Shown here piece by piece: positions 1 to 8,115 of a DNA stretch of 64,000 bases. The translations under genes and the position numbers were made by a program. The notes under the pieces are model-generated. The model worked only from the letters and a program-made list of their open reading frames with translations, had not been told where the DNA came from and made no database searches. Every line of letters begins with the position of its first letter. The stretch's first letter is position 1. The stretch covers positions 3,988-67,987 of the forward strand of contig CAJXUS010000017.1 of the NCBI GenBank assembly GCA_913060675.1. The letters run 5' to 3'. The stretch is from an uncultured Rhodospirillales bacterium (GTDB lineage: Bacteria; Pseudomonadota; Alphaproteobacteria; Kiloniellales; Kiloniellaceae).

Positions 1-1
1 C

Positions 2-745
2 TTCGTCCCTGGAAATATCTAATCCCAGCTTTTCGGTTTCAAGATTTTTGTTCTGAATTTGCACAGCAGTATCGCGTTCAATATCGTTACGCATTTTTTT
101 GCGCTTCTCGATTTCTTCAGTCAATCGAGTTAAACCCTCGGCATCAAAGGCATTATTTGGGTTAAAGAATTCCATTCCCGTTTGGTCGAGCCCCGTTAGA
201 GAAACCGCTTCCAACTCAAGACCATTTTTTAAGAGATCTTCAGAAACAGCCATTTGCACCTTTTGTACAAAGTCTGTGCGTTTCTCATGCAGTTCTTCCA
301 TGGACATTTCAGCCGCTACAGACCTCAATGCATCGACGAATTTACCTTCAACAAGCTCTTTTAACTCGTCCGTCCTCATCGTACGGCGCCCAAGGGTTTG
401 CGCAGCATTAGCAATTGATTCGACCGTTGGCTGCACCCTCACATAAAATTCTGCGACAACATCGACCCTCATGCGGTTTCTTGTAATCAAAGCCTGACCA
501 TCAGAACGCATGACTTCCAAACGCAGCGTGTTCATGTTTACCGGAATAATTTCGTGAAGCACTGGAAAGACCAAAGCTCCACCATTCATAATGACCTTCT
601 GCCCACCAAAGCCCGTTCGAACGAAAGATACTTCCTTAGAAGCACGGTTATAAAGTTTAGAAAAAATCAGACCAATCGTGATCAAGGCAAAAACGATCAG
701 GCCTGCTGAAAAAAGTATTGGAACCAGATTATACATTGAATACAT
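2..745 (-). CDS. yqiK: Flotillin/SPFH (band 7) family protein, YqiK-like; 3' part runs off the window's left edge
   Basis: Not in the ORF track (no stop inside the window). Manual translation from ATG at 745: MYSMYNLVPILFSAGLIVFALITIGLIFSKLYNRASKEVSFVRTGFGGQKVIMNGGALVFPVLHEIIPVNMNTLRLEV...LITRNRMRVDVVAEFYVRV...FNPNNAFDAEGLTRLTEEIE, typical of YqiK flotillins. Lies directly downstream of yqiJ. Confidence 0.9.
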   Translation of the reverse strand, partial: MYSMYNLVPILFSAGLIVFALITIGLIFSKLYNRASKEVSFVRTGFGGQKVIMNGGALVFPVLHEIIPVNMNTLRLEVMRSDGQALITRNRMRVDVVAEFYVRVQPTVESIANAAQTLGRRTMRTDELKELVEGKFVDALRSVAAEMSMEELHEKRTDFVQKVQMAVSEDLLKNGLELEAVSLTGLDQTGMEFFNPNNAFDAEGLTRLTEEIEKRKKMRNDIERDTAVQIQNKNLETEKLGLDISRDE

Positions 746-846
746 GCGTATCCCCCATTAGTACGAATTTTTTAGATGTAGGTTAGACTTCGGCAAATCT
801 AAATGACGGCCACACTTTCTTGATAAATGATTATAATAGTTAACTT

Positions 847-1524
847 CTAAGACGTGAGAATTTCAGAAGCTGTGGTTATGGCGTAAAAAGTTATCCCAGA
901 TTTTCGAACCACAAGAACCTTAGATCCTTGCTCAAATACCTCTCCCTGAACATCTGGTTCGATCATGAGATAATGATCTAATCCATGTTCATCGCGGACT
1001 TTTGCTTGCGCGGGTTTGCCTGTCTCTGCGGCACCGAGAACAATTGTCGCCATACGCCCGATGAAACTGTCAGACGAAACTGCGCTGGTTTCATCGTTCG
1101 GCATAAGTTCTTCAAACCACATACCAAACCAGCGCACGAGAAATAAAGTGATAACAAAGGCCGGTATCGAGATGATCCAACTCGGCAATAAAAGCCCGAG
1201 AACCTCTTCGCTTACTGCCTGGAAAAACAACCCGGACAAGCCAAAGAATAGAAAGAAAAGGATTAAGAGAACAAGGAGAGGAACTTTACCAACCCGTAAC
1301 CAGGTAAATAGATTTCCAAGCGTATTATTGGCCCCAACATCTGGCCCATCTATATCTAGATCCACATCTATTTCTGGCAACAGATTATCCAAGACGGCAG
1401 AAAACCCTAACCCAACAATCAAGGCAGCTCCTTCAAGAACCCCAATGATCACAAGAATGGTCAATGAAACAACAAAGGGCAGGTTTTCTCCAGCAGCCAA
1501 AAATTCCATATTCAATTTCTCCAA
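847..1524 (-). CDS. yqiJ: YqiJ family inner membrane protein (NfeD-like C-terminal OB fold)
   Basis: N-terminal TM helices, WLRVGKVPLLVLL motif, C-terminal GxPAQAKVRDEHGLDHYLMIEP OB-fold region; adjacent to a yqiK-like gene. Confidence 0.85.
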   Translation of the reverse strand: MEKLNMEFLAAGENLPFVVSLTILVIIGVLEGAALIVGLGFSAVLDNLLPEIDVDLDIDGPDVGANNTLGNLFTWLRVGKVPLLVLLILFFLFFGLSGLFFQAVSEEVLGLLLPSWIISIPAFVITLFLVRWFGMWFEELMPNDETSAVSSDSFIGRMATIVLGAAETGKPAQAKVRDEHGLDHYLMIEPDVQGEVFEQGSKVLVVRKSGITFYAITTASEILTS

Positions 1525-1545
1525 TACCTCAAACGAACTTATCTA

Positions 1546-2217
1546 TTAGTCAGCCTTCATAGCGGCCATACGTTCTTCTATACGATGATCTCTTGTAAGC
1601 TTCTCAAGCTCTTGAACCCTTGCTTTATTTTCGGGATCAAAAGATCCATCCCCGGGAACATTAGTGTGTTTGGTCAGGATACGATCAAAACTAGAGGTTG
1701 CTTTGGATATTTTTTGACCAACAGCCTCTCCATTTCCTTTCGGTGAATAGCCAACATCAGAGGTTATTGATGATTCTCGACTAGAAATAAAATCGTTAAG
1801 GTCTTTTTCCATTTCACGCTTTTTTGCTGTTAACGCTGAAACATAACCCTCAAGTTCTTTTTCTTTTTCACTTGCGTCCAATATCGCCTGTTCTAATACA
1901 GGTAATTGAGCTTCGATATCTAATTGCTCAGAAACACCTGCCCGTGCGAGATCTTCTCTCTCACTTTTCATTGCAATTGATATTTGACCAAGCAATTCAT
2001 CATGACGGGTACTTTTTTCAGCCAACCGTTTATTTGATAGATGTTTAGAGGCAAGAATTCTACCCAATTCAACACGAACATCATCAATAGCCGTATCAAT
2101 TTCCCTGACGGCTTCCTGCATGATGCTTTCAGGTGCCACATCTTCTAGGGTATCAATTATGGAATTAAAACTTGCAGAAACAATACGACCAACTCGGCTT
2201 GTAATATTTTCAGACAT
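1546..2217 (-). CDS. PspA/IM30 (bacterial ESCRT-III-like) family protein
   Basis: N-terminal amphipathic helix (SRVGRIVSASFNSIIDTLED), long coiled coil, EREDLARAG motif, C-terminal IEERMAAMK. Start placed at ATG 2217 (GGAG upstream), overlapping the upstream stop codon. Confidence 0.85.
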   Translation of the reverse strand: MSENITSRVGRIVSASFNSIIDTLEDVAPESIMQEAVREIDTAIDDVRVELGRILASKHLSNKRLAEKSTRHDELLGQISIAMKSEREDLARAGVSEQLDIEAQLPVLEQAILDASEKEKELEGYVSALTAKKREMEKDLNDFISSRESSITSDVGYSPKGNGEAVGQKISKATSSFDRILTKHTNVPGDGSFDPENKARVQELEKLTRDHRIEERMAAMKAD

Positions 2218-2722
2218 TAGGGGCTCCATCTTTAATTTCAAGAGAACTCAACAGGGCAGCTAATTTGAGTGTGCTGCCGAGATTTTTACGGATGATATTC
2301 GCGTCGTAACAGGGCGCTTCAGGGATAATACCCAAGCGCAAGGTTGCATTAATGATGCGTATAAGGCGCTGCATAATCCCTCGCTCCATTTCTGATAAAC
2401 TGAGTTCATCCTCGTGAGCGTGATAAGCGGTGTACGATGTGGCTTCGACCAACCATTCCAAAAACAGTGATAACAACTCAGAATGTTGATCACTTTCAAG
2501 TTCAGCTATTTTCAACTTATGGATAATCGGCTGCAAAATTTCTTCCGAAGTATACAGCAAACCTTCGTAACTATTCTCCCGCTCAGATTTTTCACGTCGC
2601 GATTTAATAATGGCCCTAATCTTATCACTGGATGTTACAGCTCCAGGTACATTCATCTTCACGATAAAATCAGAATCTTCCTCGCTTAAACGAACTGAAT
2701 GAGGGACCATTTTATGCGGCAT
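2210..2722 (-). CDS. Hypothetical protein with a putative N-terminal ribbon-helix-helix DNA-binding element
   Basis: 170 aa ORF overlapping the PspA-family start by 8 nt. N-terminus VPHSVRLS-EEDSDFI...TSSDKIRAII resembles the beta-alpha-alpha pattern of CopG/Arc/MetJ proteins (inference). Confidence 0.6.
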   Translation of the reverse strand: MPHKMVPHSVRLSEEDSDFIVKMNVPGAVTSSDKIRAIIKSRREKSERENSYEGLLYTSEEILQPIIHKLKIAELESDQHSELLSLFLEWLVEATSYTAYHAHEDELSLSEMERGIMQRLIRIINATLRLGIIPEAPCYDANIIRKNLGSTLKLAALLSSLEIKDGAPNV

Positions 2723-2765
2723 TTATATAACCTTTATCATCACAAAGTATTTTTGTTTACATTTA

Positions 2766-2779
2766 AATACATATGTATT
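2766..2779. promoter_or_regulatory. Perfect 14-bp palindrome AATACATATGTATT, candidate operator
   Basis: Lies 44 bp upstream of the first gene of the PspA/flotillin operon, in an AT-rich promoter region. Confidence 0.35.
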
Positions 2780-3077
2780 CATTATGACAATTTCAAGGTT
2801 AAACTCGCATAAAGTGTAATTATATTTAAAATTTATAAATTCTAACTTTTGACAAAATGCCGAAAATTGTGAATATTTTCTATACCTTATGACATGGATA
2901 TCATTGGAGAAGAGGGTTAAGCTAAAGGCATAGATCGCTGTAACTTAGTCCACTAGAGAAGTGAGAGGTTATTTGAAATAGTGAGTTTCTCGTATTATTA
3001 AATCAAACTATTCTTGGCCACCGACAACACAAACAGGTTTGCCGCACCAATCAGCGAGCTAAACCGAGAATGATGAC

Positions 3078-4454
3078 TTACATTTGGAATTTGGTGGCTT
3101 GCGGACTGCTGTTCCATAACTCGACAACTGAGGAGAGGGACTTTTTCAACAAATCATCATCAATATTAGTGAGATTAATCCGCACCCCTGATGGCGCCGA
3201 CACAGGATCAACTGCAAACAATTCAGAAGGCGACACACGCACACCACGTAGCCCTAGAGTTTCAGCAAATTCTTCAGCCTTCCAAGCCCCAGATAAAGGT
3301 ATCCAAAGATGTGAGGTTGCTTCATTGAACCGATAAGGCATATCAGCCAAGGCGATCTTCGCTTGACGCAACAAGTTGGCCGTAATTGTCGTGCGTTGAC
3401 GCTCCAGCTCAGCAGCTGTGCCATCCTTGATCCAGTGACAAGCAACCTCAGCCATCAAAGGTGGGGCCATCCAGCTTGTGGTTTGGCTTGCTGCAAGAAA
3501 TTGCGATAGCAGCCCCTGAGGCGGCATAAGAGTGCCCACACGTAATCCCGGAGATATCGTTTTGGAGAGACTGCTGATATAGACGGTTCGTTCAGGATTA
3601 TAAGCCGCTATTGGCTTAAAGTCAGAGCTTGATGGTCGTGGATTAACATCGTCTTCTATGACAAAAAAACCATACCTGTTTGCCATATCTGCAATCTCGG
3701 CAATGCGTTCCTCCGACATCGTGGCCGTCGTTGGGTTGTGTGCAAACGGCATGCAATAAAGCGCTTTGACAGAATGTCGAAGACAGGCCTGTTCTACAGA
3801 TTCAGGAACCAACCCGCCTTCATCTAAAGACACGGGCACTAGATTTATACCAAAGAACCGCGCGTAGTTTTTAATACCGGGGTAAGAAAGCTCCTCAACA
3901 AGAACTGTATCACCTGGAGAAGTCAACGCCCCCAGAGCCGCCGTTAGAGCTTGTTGTGCGCCGCCCGTGATAATAACCCTGGCCGGATCAGCTTTAAAGC
4001 CGCGACCATCAAGCCACTCACACAAAATTTCTCTATGGCGCAACAACCCCTGACTTTGCCCGTACTCCAACATGCCATCGAGGTTACTGTCTTTACTGAT
4101 TTCCATCAGAGAACGTCGCAATTGGGCTTCGAGATTGATAAAAGGCGGGGCATTGCGACTTAAATCTACCGCACCTGTCTCATCCAAGGCTTCTCGAATG
4201 TGTTGTGACTTTTCTTTTTTAGAACGTACAAAGCTCCCCCGGCCCGTTTGCTTGACCAAAAGTCCCCGTTGTTCAGCGAGATCATAGGCACGCAGGATAG
4301 TTCCGACGGTAACGCCGAGCTCATCGGCAAGATCCCGCATTGGCGGAAGCTTTTGCCCTTCAGTCAGACGTCCTTCTTCAATGTCCAACGCAAGACATTC
4401 GCTGATAGCACGGTACACTGATAACTTTGGATCTAGATTATGTGGAACCCACAT
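3078..4454 (-). CDS. MocR/GabR-type GntR regulator with PLP-dependent aminotransferase-like domain
   Basis: N-terminal wHTH (KLPPMRDLADELGVTVGTILRAYDLAE...GRGSFV), then an aminotransferase class I/II domain (NPT, IEDD, SLSKTISPGLRVG with the PLP lysine). Confidence 0.92.
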   Translation of the reverse strand: MWVPHNLDPKLSVYRAISECLALDIEEGRLTEGQKLPPMRDLADELGVTVGTILRAYDLAEQRGLLVKQTGRGSFVRSKKEKSQHIREALDETGAVDLSRNAPPFINLEAQLRRSLMEISKDSNLDGMLEYGQSQGLLRHREILCEWLDGRGFKADPARVIITGGAQQALTAALGALTSPGDTVLVEELSYPGIKNYARFFGINLVPVSLDEGGLVPESVEQACLRHSVKALYCMPFAHNPTTATMSEERIAEIADMANRYGFFVIEDDVNPRPSSSDFKPIAAYNPERTVYISSLSKTISPGLRVGTLMPPQGLLSQFLAASQTTSWMAPPLMAEVACHWIKDGTAAELERQRTTITANLLRQAKIALADMPYRFNEATSHLWIPLSGAWKAEEFAETLGLRGVRVSPSELFAVDPVSAPSGVRINLTNIDDDLLKKSLSSVVELWNSSPQATKFQM

Positions 4455-4546
4455 TGTTACCCCAACAATGTTTTCATTGACTACGACAATAATAAGAACA
4501 TTATTCTAACAATAACGGCAACCATAAACATTGTTACCATAACAAT
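4451..4546. promoter_or_regulatory. Two near-identical palindromic boxes ACATTGTTACCnnAACAAT between the MocR gene and pdxJ
   Basis: 4451-4471 ACATTGTTACCCCAACAATGT and 4528-4546 ACATTGTTACCATAACAAT; a weaker copy ACATTATTCTAACAAT lies at about 4498-4513. Confidence 0.55.
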
Positions 4547-4557
4547 TCGAGGCAAAC

Positions 4558-5298
4558 ATGACTGTCCTGAGCATAAATTTAAACAAAGTCGCCCTGCTCC
4601 GTAATCAACGGAACATCGATTACCCGAGTGTCACTGGAATGGCTCGAATTGCTCTTCAAGCAGGCGTTGGTGGTATTACAGTGCATCCCCGTCCGGATGA
4701 ACGCCATTGCCGTAAATCTGATGTCTACGAGCTCTCGGAAATGCTTGGGAAAGAATATTCCGCGCCGATCGAGTTCAATATAGAAGGTAACCCTACCGAA
4801 GATTTTATGGCGCTTGTGGCCGAAACCAGACCGCAACAAGTCACACTGGTACCTGATGATCCTGATCAGAACACTTCTGACCACGGTTGGGACATTCTGG
4901 GCAACAAGGAACGATTGACCGAGATCGTTGAACGTCTACACGCTCAAGATGCCCGGGTATCCGTATTTATTGATCATGAACCAGAGATCGCACTTGCTGC
5001 AGCCGAGATTGGTGCTGACAGGGTTGAGCTCTATACCGGGCCTTATTTTGAATGTTATTTCAGAGAAGACCGTGAACAGATTCTCTCACAATATAAAAAC
5101 ACCGCTATTGCAGCGCGTGATGCCGGCCTAGGTGTAAATGCTGGCCATGACTTAAACTTGGATAACCTCGCCCACTTCCTGCAGGCAATACCCTGGACCG
5201 ATGAAGTATCAATCGGTCATGCCTTGACCGCTGACGCGCTGATCTATGGTATGGACGGTGCTATCCAAGCCTATCTTGCCGAAATTGCCAAAAAGTAA
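4558..5298 (+). CDS. pdxJ: Pyridoxine 5'-phosphate synthase
   Basis: LSINLNKVALLRN, GITVHPRPDERH, NIEGNP, QVTLVPD, RVSVFID, VELYTGPY, VNAGHDLNLDNL and EVSIGHALTADAL motifs. Confidence 0.95.
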   Translation: MTVLSINLNKVALLRNQRNIDYPSVTGMARIALQAGVGGITVHPRPDERHCRKSDVYELSEMLGKEYSAPIEFNIEGNPTEDFMALVAETRPQQVTLVPDDPDQNTSDHGWDILGNKERLTEIVERLHAQDARVSVFIDHEPEIALAAAEIGADRVELYTGPYFECYFREDREQILSQYKNTAIAARDAGLGVNAGHDLNLDNLAHFLQAIPWTDEVSIGHALTADALIYGMDGAIQAYLAEIAKK

Positions 5299-5392
5299 GA
5301 TTCCCGAAGCACTTTCAGTTGGGTTTGTACAAGAAGGACTTACCTTGATAGGATTGCCCTTCTTGAGCAATGATCTATGAAAAATCTGAACC

Positions 5393-5821
5393 GTGCAGAT
5401 GTCGCAATACCCTTTACCACCAGCCTTACAGCCTAGTTATCTAAGCTACCCAGAATGGGTACGCGGCAAACTACTGTTCCTGCGTGATCTAATTTTGGAA
5501 ACGGCAGAACTTACAAAGGGCGTTGGAAGAATAGAAGAAACGCTTAAGTGGGGCCAACCGAGTTTCCTCACCCCGGAGACAAAAAGCGGCACAACCATCC
5601 GGATTGACCAAACCAAAGCAGACAACGGCCAATATGCGATCTATTTCCACTGCCAAACCAATCTTGTAGATCGCTTTCGTGAGCTTTACCCGCAAGAGAT
5701 GACCTATGGCGGTAATCGGTGCATCATTTTTAATCAGGATGATGAAGTCCCGACTGCCGCACTACAACACTGTATCGCTATGGCCCTGACCTACCACTTA
5801 AGTAAAAATAATCAGCTATAG
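5393..5821 (+). CDS. DUF1801 (YdhG-like) domain protein
   Basis: LRDLILETA...IEETLKWGQPSF...SGTTIRID...YFHCQTNL...GNRCIIF pattern. Confidence 0.8.
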   Translation: MQMSQYPLPPALQPSYLSYPEWVRGKLLFLRDLILETAELTKGVGRIEETLKWGQPSFLTPETKSGTTIRIDQTKADNGQYAIYFHCQTNLVDRFRELYPQEMTYGGNRCIIFNQDDEVPTAALQHCIAMALTYHLSKNNQL

Positions 5822-6082
5822 ATACTTAGTAATTTCTTTAAACTCCCTCAAGGCATCCGCGGTACTACCAGCCCCGTCACTCTTTTCAAGACAGTGATCA
5901 ATATGATCATGAATAAGCACCCGCTTCGCCTGTACCACGGCCTTTTCAACCGCATAAAGCTGCTGGGCCACATCCACACAAGACTGCCCGCTTTCCAACA
6001 TATCCATAATCTTATGCATATGCCCATGCGCCCGCTTCAAGCGGTTCAGAACCTGTTTGTGGGAGGAGTGAGTGTCATTCAT
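5816..6082 (-). CDS. CsoR/RcnR family metal-sensing repressor (NreA-like)
   Basis: HSSH N-terminus, NRLKRAHGH, SCVDVAQQLYAVEKA and HDHIDHCLE motifs. Confidence 0.88.
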   Translation of the reverse strand: MNDTHSSHKQVLNRLKRAHGHMHKIMDMLESGQSCVDVAQQLYAVEKAVVQAKRVLIHDHIDHCLEKSDGAGSTADALREFKEITKYL

Positions 6083-6170
6083 GTGTACATGGTATCTTCA
6101 AAGTTTCAGATAAGGAAAAACTGGAAACAAACCACTTTCCAATTTCATCCTGATAGCAAGAATAATCACC

Positions 6171-6941
6171 TCAACTAAAAACAGCAGCAATCCGGTCTGA
6201 TGAGATACCTTCTTTTATAGTACGCAAATTATTGTAAGTGACAGCACCAACTATAATCCAAAAAGCCATATATAATGACTGAGCCACAGTTGTTACAATA
6301 ACAGCAACTATATCGAAACCCATACCCTTAAATAGAGTGCCAAGGAATTGGCCAAGATAACCTCCGCCTAGGGATATTACTAACAATACCAAAGATAGTC
6401 CCAATAATGACCAGAGATTACCTTTTGTCAGATAATAACTTCTCTTTAAGCAATCGAAAATCCCCGGTTGCTCAACAATAATCACAGGAAATACGACAAA
6501 TAAAACAAGAAAGACTAATACGCCAGGTATGATAAGAAGTGCCAACCCAACGAAAAACAGAATGTTTACGAGGACACCCATTACAATTACGGGGACTAAA
6601 ACTGAAAAGCTTTTAGATAGGCAGTCACCTATCGTGAACTTACGCCCAGTAATGTCCATAAAAACACCATATGTAACTGCGGCAGTAGATACACACGATA
6701 AAATTACTGACAAAAATATAACGCCAAAGTGTACTATCCAATTTATATTCGAAAAAGTACTTGGATCATCAAAGTTAATATCGTATTGGCCAGATGCTAC
6801 TAACCAAGTTACGGCTGGTATTTGAAATAAAATCACTATGGTCACTAAAGGTAATATATTTCTCGAAAAAATATAAAAGCTCCTCCCAAGTGTCTTTCCT
6901 ACACTAAATTCACTACTGATATTTTGATTTATTACTGTCAC
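6171..6941 (-). CDS. Uncharacterised multi-pass membrane protein (paralogue A)
   Basis: 256 aa, about 6 hydrophobic segments, IIVEQPGIFDCLKRSYYLTKGNLW motif, C-terminal YNNLRTIKEG; homologous to 7173-7940. Confidence 0.75.
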   Translation of the reverse strand: MTVINQNISSEFSVGKTLGRSFYIFSRNILPLVTIVILFQIPAVTWLVASGQYDINFDDPSTFSNINWIVHFGVIFLSVILSCVSTAAVTYGVFMDITGRKFTIGDCLSKSFSVLVPVIVMGVLVNILFFVGLALLIIPGVLVFLVLFVVFPVIIVEQPGIFDCLKRSYYLTKGNLWSLLGLSLVLLVISLGGGYLGQFLGTLFKGMGFDIVAVIVTTVAQSLYMAFWIIVGAVTYNNLRTIKEGISSDRIAAVFS

Positions 6942-7116
6942 AGTTTACTTATCCTCTATCCCAAAGACATTATTTACAAATTTCAAAATGTCATCTTTTT
7001 TAAGTAAAGAATTCCAATCCAATAGAAGTAATATTTCCGATTGAGAGCAATAATTTATACGAACGAATTAATGGTTCTGAATGGGCTCTAATTTTTAGTA
7101 GTAACCTTTACAAACA

Positions 7117-7150
7117 ATAGAGGTCGAAAAATTAAATTTTCGACCTCTAT
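7117..7150. terminator. 14-bp perfect stem-loop between the two paralogues
   Basis: ATAGAGGTCGAAAA / loop ATTAAA / TTTTCGACCTCTAT, 22 bp downstream of the stop of 7173-7940. Confidence 0.55.
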
Positions 7151-7172
7151 ATTAGAATAACTTCAATTTAAA

Positions 7173-7940
7173 CTATTCGAATACAGACACTATTTGGTCC
7201 GTAGAGATACCCTCTTTTGCCACCCGCAAATTATTGTAAACAACAGCATAGAGTACAGGTCCTATTGCCGTATAAAATATCTGGAAAGCTATAGAAACAA
7301 TAAGTCCAACAATCTCCATTCCCATTGCAGCTATAATTCCGGAGATAAGAGAGCCAACAATACTTACAACGATGACAATAACCATAAAGATTAGCAAAAT
7401 ACCAAAAAGAGCCCAACGGTTGCCTTTTGTAAGCTCAGCACTACGCCCCAAACTCGCAAATACTCCAGGGTTTTCTATAACAATGACTGGTATCGTCACC
7501 ATTAAAATCATAAAAATGATAATTCCAGGTATAAAGAAGACCATCATCCCTAAGAAACTAAGCACGGACACCACGATTCCAGCTAAAATGGTTGGAACCG
7601 CAACGGATAGACCATGAGAAAAAGACTCAGTAAAATTCACAGGTTTCCCTGTTAAATCTTGAAAAACACCATGCGTTATTGCTGCTGCAGAAACAAAATA
7701 GAATACAAAGGTCAAAATAACAGCAATTAAAGCAACGATACCTAGAAGGGTATCCACTGCTTCAACACCATTACCATAAGACAGAATATCCGTGAACAAA
7801 ACCAAAACCAATATTGGTGCTGCGATGATCAAAACCAATAAATTAAAAGGTATAAAGTTCCGGAAATATACCGAAAAAACCTTACTTAATGTATCGCCAA
7901 TACGAAAATCGTTCCCGACACTCTCATCAATAGTCGTCAT
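7173..7940 (-). CDS. Uncharacterised multi-pass membrane protein (paralogue B)
   Basis: 255 aa, IVIENPGVFASLGRSAELTKGNRW motif, C-terminal YNNLRVAKEG. Confidence 0.75.
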   Translation of the reverse strand: MTTIDESVGNDFRIGDTLSKVFSVYFRNFIPFNLLVLIIAAPILVLVLFTDILSYGNGVEAVDTLLGIVALIAVILTFVFYFVSAAAITHGVFQDLTGKPVNFTESFSHGLSVAVPTILAGIVVSVLSFLGMMVFFIPGIIIFMILMVTIPVIVIENPGVFASLGRSAELTKGNRWALFGILLIFMVIVIVVSIVGSLISGIIAAMGMEIVGLIVSIAFQIFYTAIGPVLYAVVYNNLRVAKEGISTDQIVSVFE

Positions 7941-8115
7941 GTTTCCCCCCTCGAGAAATATAACAATAAATAAAACACGTTTTACGAGAAGAGAACACTA
8001 ACCGAAGATAAAAAAAATATCAAACAGATCAATATCTAAAAGAAAGATCACACTCAGAAATTAATCAAAATATAGACAATTTGATCTACAAGAGCCCCTT
8101 CCCTGATACAAAAGG

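Noticed and set aside
1016-1549. 177-aa plus-strand ORF (similar long antisense ORFs at 99-446, 21433-21864, 23864-24166, 29957-30379, 58079-58690 and others)
   Set aside because: These are antisense or alternative-frame shadows of well-supported genes, with no recognisable motifs.
2723-3077. Sigma54 promoter for the PspA-family operon
   Set aside because: A manual check of the minus strand found no GG-N10-GC element, and no PspF-like activator is nearby.
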